Assembly (NCBI GenBank): GCA_025558095.1
Contig: JAIVFI010000035.1
Coordinates: 1 to 64,000, forward strand
Origin: Hyaloraphidium curvatum SAG 235-1
Lineage: Eukaryota > Fungi > Monoblepharomycota
Direction of reading: 5' to 3'
DNA: 64,000 nt
A program made the position numbers and the translations under genes. This document shows, in pieces, positions 58,101 to 64,000 of the stretch (position 1 is the stretch's first letter; the number at the start of each line of letters is the position of its first letter). A model generated the notes under the pieces. It saw nothing but the letters and a program-made list of their open reading frames with translations. It was not told the DNA's origin and did not search any database.

Positions 58101-58162
58101 GAAGCCGAAGTGGAAGCCGAAAGCCGAAGTGATGAGCTGAAGTGGGAAGCCGAAGTGATGAG
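58101..58162 (+). repeat. Clustered AAGCCGAA(GTG) motifs upstream of RACK1
   Basis: Four copies of AAGCCGAA, three followed by GTG, within about 60 bp and about 100 bp before the RACK1 ATG. Confidence 0.5.
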
Positions 58163-58259
58163 TCGCCCTTTTCTAACCTCAGCGTTTACGGGCTTTGTTA
58201 GAGACCCGCCCCGCCAGCCCGAATCCCCTCCAACTCGCCCCTCCTACCCAATCCCGACC

Positions 58260-59595
58260 ATGGACCAGCTCGTGCTCCGCGGCGTCCTCAAGGGCCACTC
58301 CGGCTGGGTCACGGCCATCGCCACGACCTCGGAGAACCCCGACATGATCCTCTCGGCGTCGCGCGACAAGACGGTCATCGTGTGGAAGCTCACCCGCGAC
58401 GGCGGCGCCGAGGACGCCGAGTACGGCCGCCCGTACAAGAGCCTGCGCGGGCACAACCACTTTGTCCAGGACGTCGTGATCTCGTCCGACGGCGCGTTTG
58501 CGCTGTCGGCGTCGTGGGACAAGACGCTCAGGCTGTGGGACCTGTCGAGCGGGCAGACCACCAGGAGGTTCATCGGGCACACCAACGTGGGTGTTTTGGG
58601 AGGCAGGGAGGGGGGCCGGGGATGAGGACGTTTCCGACCGTGCCGAACCGGGCGGGACGCGTGCCCGCGCGTTGGGGAAGCAAGAAACATTCAATCTGTC
58701 AATCCACTGAGGCTTGGGCGCCGCTGGAGGGGACGGACGTCGCCGGCGGGCGGTCGTTCCCGTCGGACGGGCGCAGTTTTTGCCGGAACGGGGTCTGACA
58801 CAACGGTTCCACGCACAGGACGTCCTCTCGGTCTCCTTCTCGGCCGACAACCGCCAGATCGTCTCGGGCTCGCGCGACAAGACGATCAAGCTGTGGAACA
58901 CGCTCGGCGAGTGCAAGTTCAACATCACCGAGGACGGGCACACGGAATGGGTCTCGTGCGTGCGCTTCTCGCCCAACCCCGCCAACCCCGTCATCGTCTC
59001 GGGCGGCTGGGACCGGCTCGTCAAGGTGTGTTGTGGCGTCGCGTCGCGGGGCATCCCGCTCGTATTGCATGCGCATCGTGCTCACGGCCTGTGCCATTTC
59101 CAGGTCTGGGACCTGACCAAGATGAAGCTCCGCACCAACCACATTGGCCACACGGGCTACATCAACACCATCACCATCTCCCCCGACGGCTCGCTCTGCG
59201 CCTCGGGCGGCAAGGACGGCATCACGATGCTGTGGGACCTGAACGAGGGCAAGCACCTGTACTCGCTCGAGGCCGGCGACGTCATCAACGCCCTGTGCTT
59301 CTCGCCCAACCGGTACTGGCTGTGCGCGGCCACGGCCAAGGGGATCAAGATCTGGGATCTGGAGAGCAAGAGCGTCGTGGACGACCTGCAGCCCGAGTGG
59401 ACCGTGGGTTGCCGTCGCGGCGCGTGCGTGCGTGTGACAAGTCGCTGACGTTTCGCCAACCCACAGGAGGAGGAGGGCCGCAAGTCCTCCCGCCCGCAGT
59501 GCATCTCGCTCGCCTGGTCGGCCGACGGCCAGACCCTCTTCTCGGGCTACACCGACAACGAGATCCGCGTCTGGGCCGTCACCCGCTCGGCCTGA
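58260..59595 (+). CDS. RACK1: RACK1/Asc1/Cpc2 WD40 ribosomal scaffold protein
   Basis: [72 protein letters not shown]; three introns. Confidence 0.97.
58620..58712 (+). ncRNA. Intronic box C/D snoRNA guiding 18S rRNA 2'-O-methylation
   Basis: Lies in the unusually long RACK1 intron 1 (about 58588-58818). Box C-like ATGAGGA at 58622, box D CTGA at 58707-58710, preceded by TCAATCTGTCAATCC, the exact complement of conserved 18S GGAUUGACAGAUUGA. Confidence 0.85.
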
Positions 59596-59997
59596 GCGCC
59601 TCGGGGCTCCGGGCACCCCGCGCCTTGCGGGGTGCCCGCGCGTTCCTGGAGCGCGGTTGCTTTCGGACTCTTTTGCCGGCGCCCCGGTGCCGGGCGGCTC
59701 TGCCGCCGCGGGACAGGGCGCCACGGGGTGGCGAAATCCGGCCGGGGATTGGCGTCGTCGATTCCGGACGAAAAACTGCAGAGGTGGGGATCGGGGATAC
59801 GCGGTAGCTTGGATGTATTTCGGTGCGCTAGGCTGCTGCATGTATCTCCGGAATCAACCCTTTTGCTCGATGATGGTCGCGAAGGGAAGTTTAGGCTCCG
59901 TGGTCGGCGTGACGCCCGGCCGCGTGTCAACTTTGTCGGCCGCCTTCCCGACATCACGAGCCAGCGGCCCGAGCACCGCGAGAGGTGTTCCGAGGCC

Positions 59998-61380
59998 ATG
60001 GAGACGGACAGTGCGCCTCTGCCCGATGCGGCGAATGTGCGGCCTGCTCTGAATGAGGCCGACTCTGCGCCCGACGACGATGAGTCGCTCTCGTGCGGGT
60101 CCGCGACGGAGGGCGCTGCGGCGTCGGACGAGCCGCCGTCCGACGAGGACGCGACGATCGGCGACGACGGCGGCCGCGCGGAGAGCCCCGCGGCGAGCCC
60201 GCCCGGCAGCCCGCGCGGGAAGGCGCCCGCGCCGCTGCCGTCGATCGTCGTCGGCGACACGCTCGTCTTCGACGGCCGCGCAACGCTCCCCGACCCCGAC
60301 CTGCGGTGGCGGCGGCCGGCGGAGCGCACCCGCGGCATGGAGCGCGACCGGCCGCGGCTGCGCAACACGCTGCTGCGGAGCCCGCTGCTGGACCTCGCGT
60401 GGTGGCTGGCTTTCCAGCTGATCATGCTCGTCGGGAGGCTCGCATACTGGGTTGCCGCCTGGGCCCGCATCCTCGGCATGCTGGCGGCCACCGCGGCCCG
60501 CTCGTCGCGGGTCGCCTGGGGCGCTTTCTTCGGAACAAAAGGCCAACCCCCCTCCCCGCTTGCCGGCCTGCACCGGATCCCGCGGCACCTCTCCCTTCTG
60601 CACTCCCCGCGCTCCCCCGCGGACGTCGCCCACGCGACGATGGAGCTCGTCCGCGTGGCCCTCGAGCTCGGCGACGCCGTCGAGTACCTGAGCCTGCACG
60701 ACCGCGGCACAATCACGGACGACTGCTTCCCGCTCCTCGCCGCGCGGCTGGCCGCTTTGGGGGCCGAGGGCAAGGACGGCGCGGCCGTGGACCTCTTCCT
60801 GACGCTCACCTCGCGCGGCCTGGACCCCCCCGCCGCGACCCGCGTCTCGCTGCGCGTCCCCTGCTCCGCAACACTGTCCTCCAAACGCCCGCGCTCGATC
60901 CTCGTGCACTTTTCCGGCTCCCGCACCTCGGACCGCGCCGCCGTCCCCGCACGGCTTTCGCTGGTCCCCGCCGGCGCCCGCGTGCTCCGGCGGCAGAGCC
61001 CCGGGGGCAAGTGGCTTCCCGACGCCGGCATCGCGGACTCGGACAACGCGATGGACGCGGGCGCGCTGTACTCCCCGAACCCGTCGTTCCCGGACCCGGA
61101 CCTGATCGTCGCCTTCCCGCCCCCTCCCGAGGGGCCGCCCGAGGCGATGCTGGCGCCCGACTCCGCGGGCGCGATAAGGCTGGGCGGCTACCCGGCATGG
61201 TGGCTCCGCATCGCCGAGGTGGTCGCGGTGCGGACAGAGGAGTGCGCCGCGGGGTGGCTGGCGTCGGCGGTGGGGAGCGCGGTGCGGGGTGGGGCGCCGA
61301 AGGGGAGGTGGGTGCGTGCCGAGGCGCTGCGGAATGCGCTGCGCGTGTTCGACGGGAAGGAGAAGCGCGAGGGGAGATGA
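59998..61380 (+). CDS. NUS1: Nus1/NgBR-like cis-prenyltransferase subunit
   Basis: N-terminal hydrophobic segment, RIPRHL, PDPDLIV, LGGYPAWWLRIAEV, C-terminal RxG motif (EKREGR*). Confidence 0.75.
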   Translation: METDSAPLPDAANVRPALNEADSAPDDDESLSCGSATEGAAASDEPPSDEDATIGDDGGRAESPAASPPGSPRGKAPAPLPSIVVGDTLVFDGRATLPDPDLRWRRPAERTRGMERDRPRLRNTLLRSPLLDLAWWLAFQLIMLVGRLAYWVAAWARILGMLAATAARSSRVAWGAFFGTKGQPPSPLAGLHRIPRHLSLLHSPRSPADVAHATMELVRVALELGDAVEYLSLHDRGTITDDCFPLLAARLAALGAEGKDGAAVDLFLTLTSRGLDPPAATRVSLRVPCSATLSSKRPRSILVHFSGSRTSDRAAVPARLSLVPAGARVLRRQSPGGKWLPDAGIADSDNAMDAGALYSPNPSFPDPDLIVAFPPPPEGPPEAMLAPDSAGAIRLGGYPAWWLRIAEVVAVRTEECAAGWLASAVGSAVRGGAPKGRWVRAEALRNALRVFDGKEKREGR

Positions 61381-61516
61381 TGTAGACGCCCGACGGAACG
61401 CGGAAAAGTGGTCTGCACGGGAAGTTTTGGGCGACAGAGTCCAGTGCCACAGACGTCTACTTTCTAGCATGCATGCGCGAGGATGCCATACGCCAGAACT
61501 CTTGCGGCCCCGCGTG

Positions 61517-64000
<2,484 letters not shown>

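Overview
High-GC, gene-dense eukaryotic DNA with many short (about 50-65 nt) GT-AG introns and CTGAC/CTAAC branch points. Zn2Cys6 factors, a CBM18/GH18 chitinase and the intron style point to an early-diverging fungus; a Hyaloraphidium/Monoblepharidomycota-like genome is my inference only. Most long six-frame ORFs are GC artefacts or unspliced exons. Recognisable genes: RACK1 with an intronic C/D snoRNA, NUS1-like, SRPK (partial), aldo-keto reductase, nitronate monooxygenase, PTGR3-like reductase, acyl-CoA ligase, enoyl-CoA hydratase, two hotdog thioesterases, an MFS transporter, a metallophosphoesterase, a RING/TRAF protein, three double-Zn2Cys6 transcription factors, a Cys-rich secreted protein with an inverted pseudogene copy, and an F-box/LRR-like family in several stages of decay. 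Most notable: (1) a C2-domain gene whose Ala-rich 11-mer repeat tail is encoded by 23 consecutive frame-symmetric phase-1 exons with weak splice sites; (2) an intron-containing CsoSCA-like (carboxysome-type) carbonic anhydrase with a probable mitochondrial presequence; (3) a 348-bp low-GC insert encoding a D5/P4-type primase-helicase C-terminus inside an F-box-like gene; (4) six PTS1-ending acyl/redox enzymes; (5) a bacterial-type chitinase fused to a fungal CBM18. Exon boundaries were read by eye and no database searches were run.
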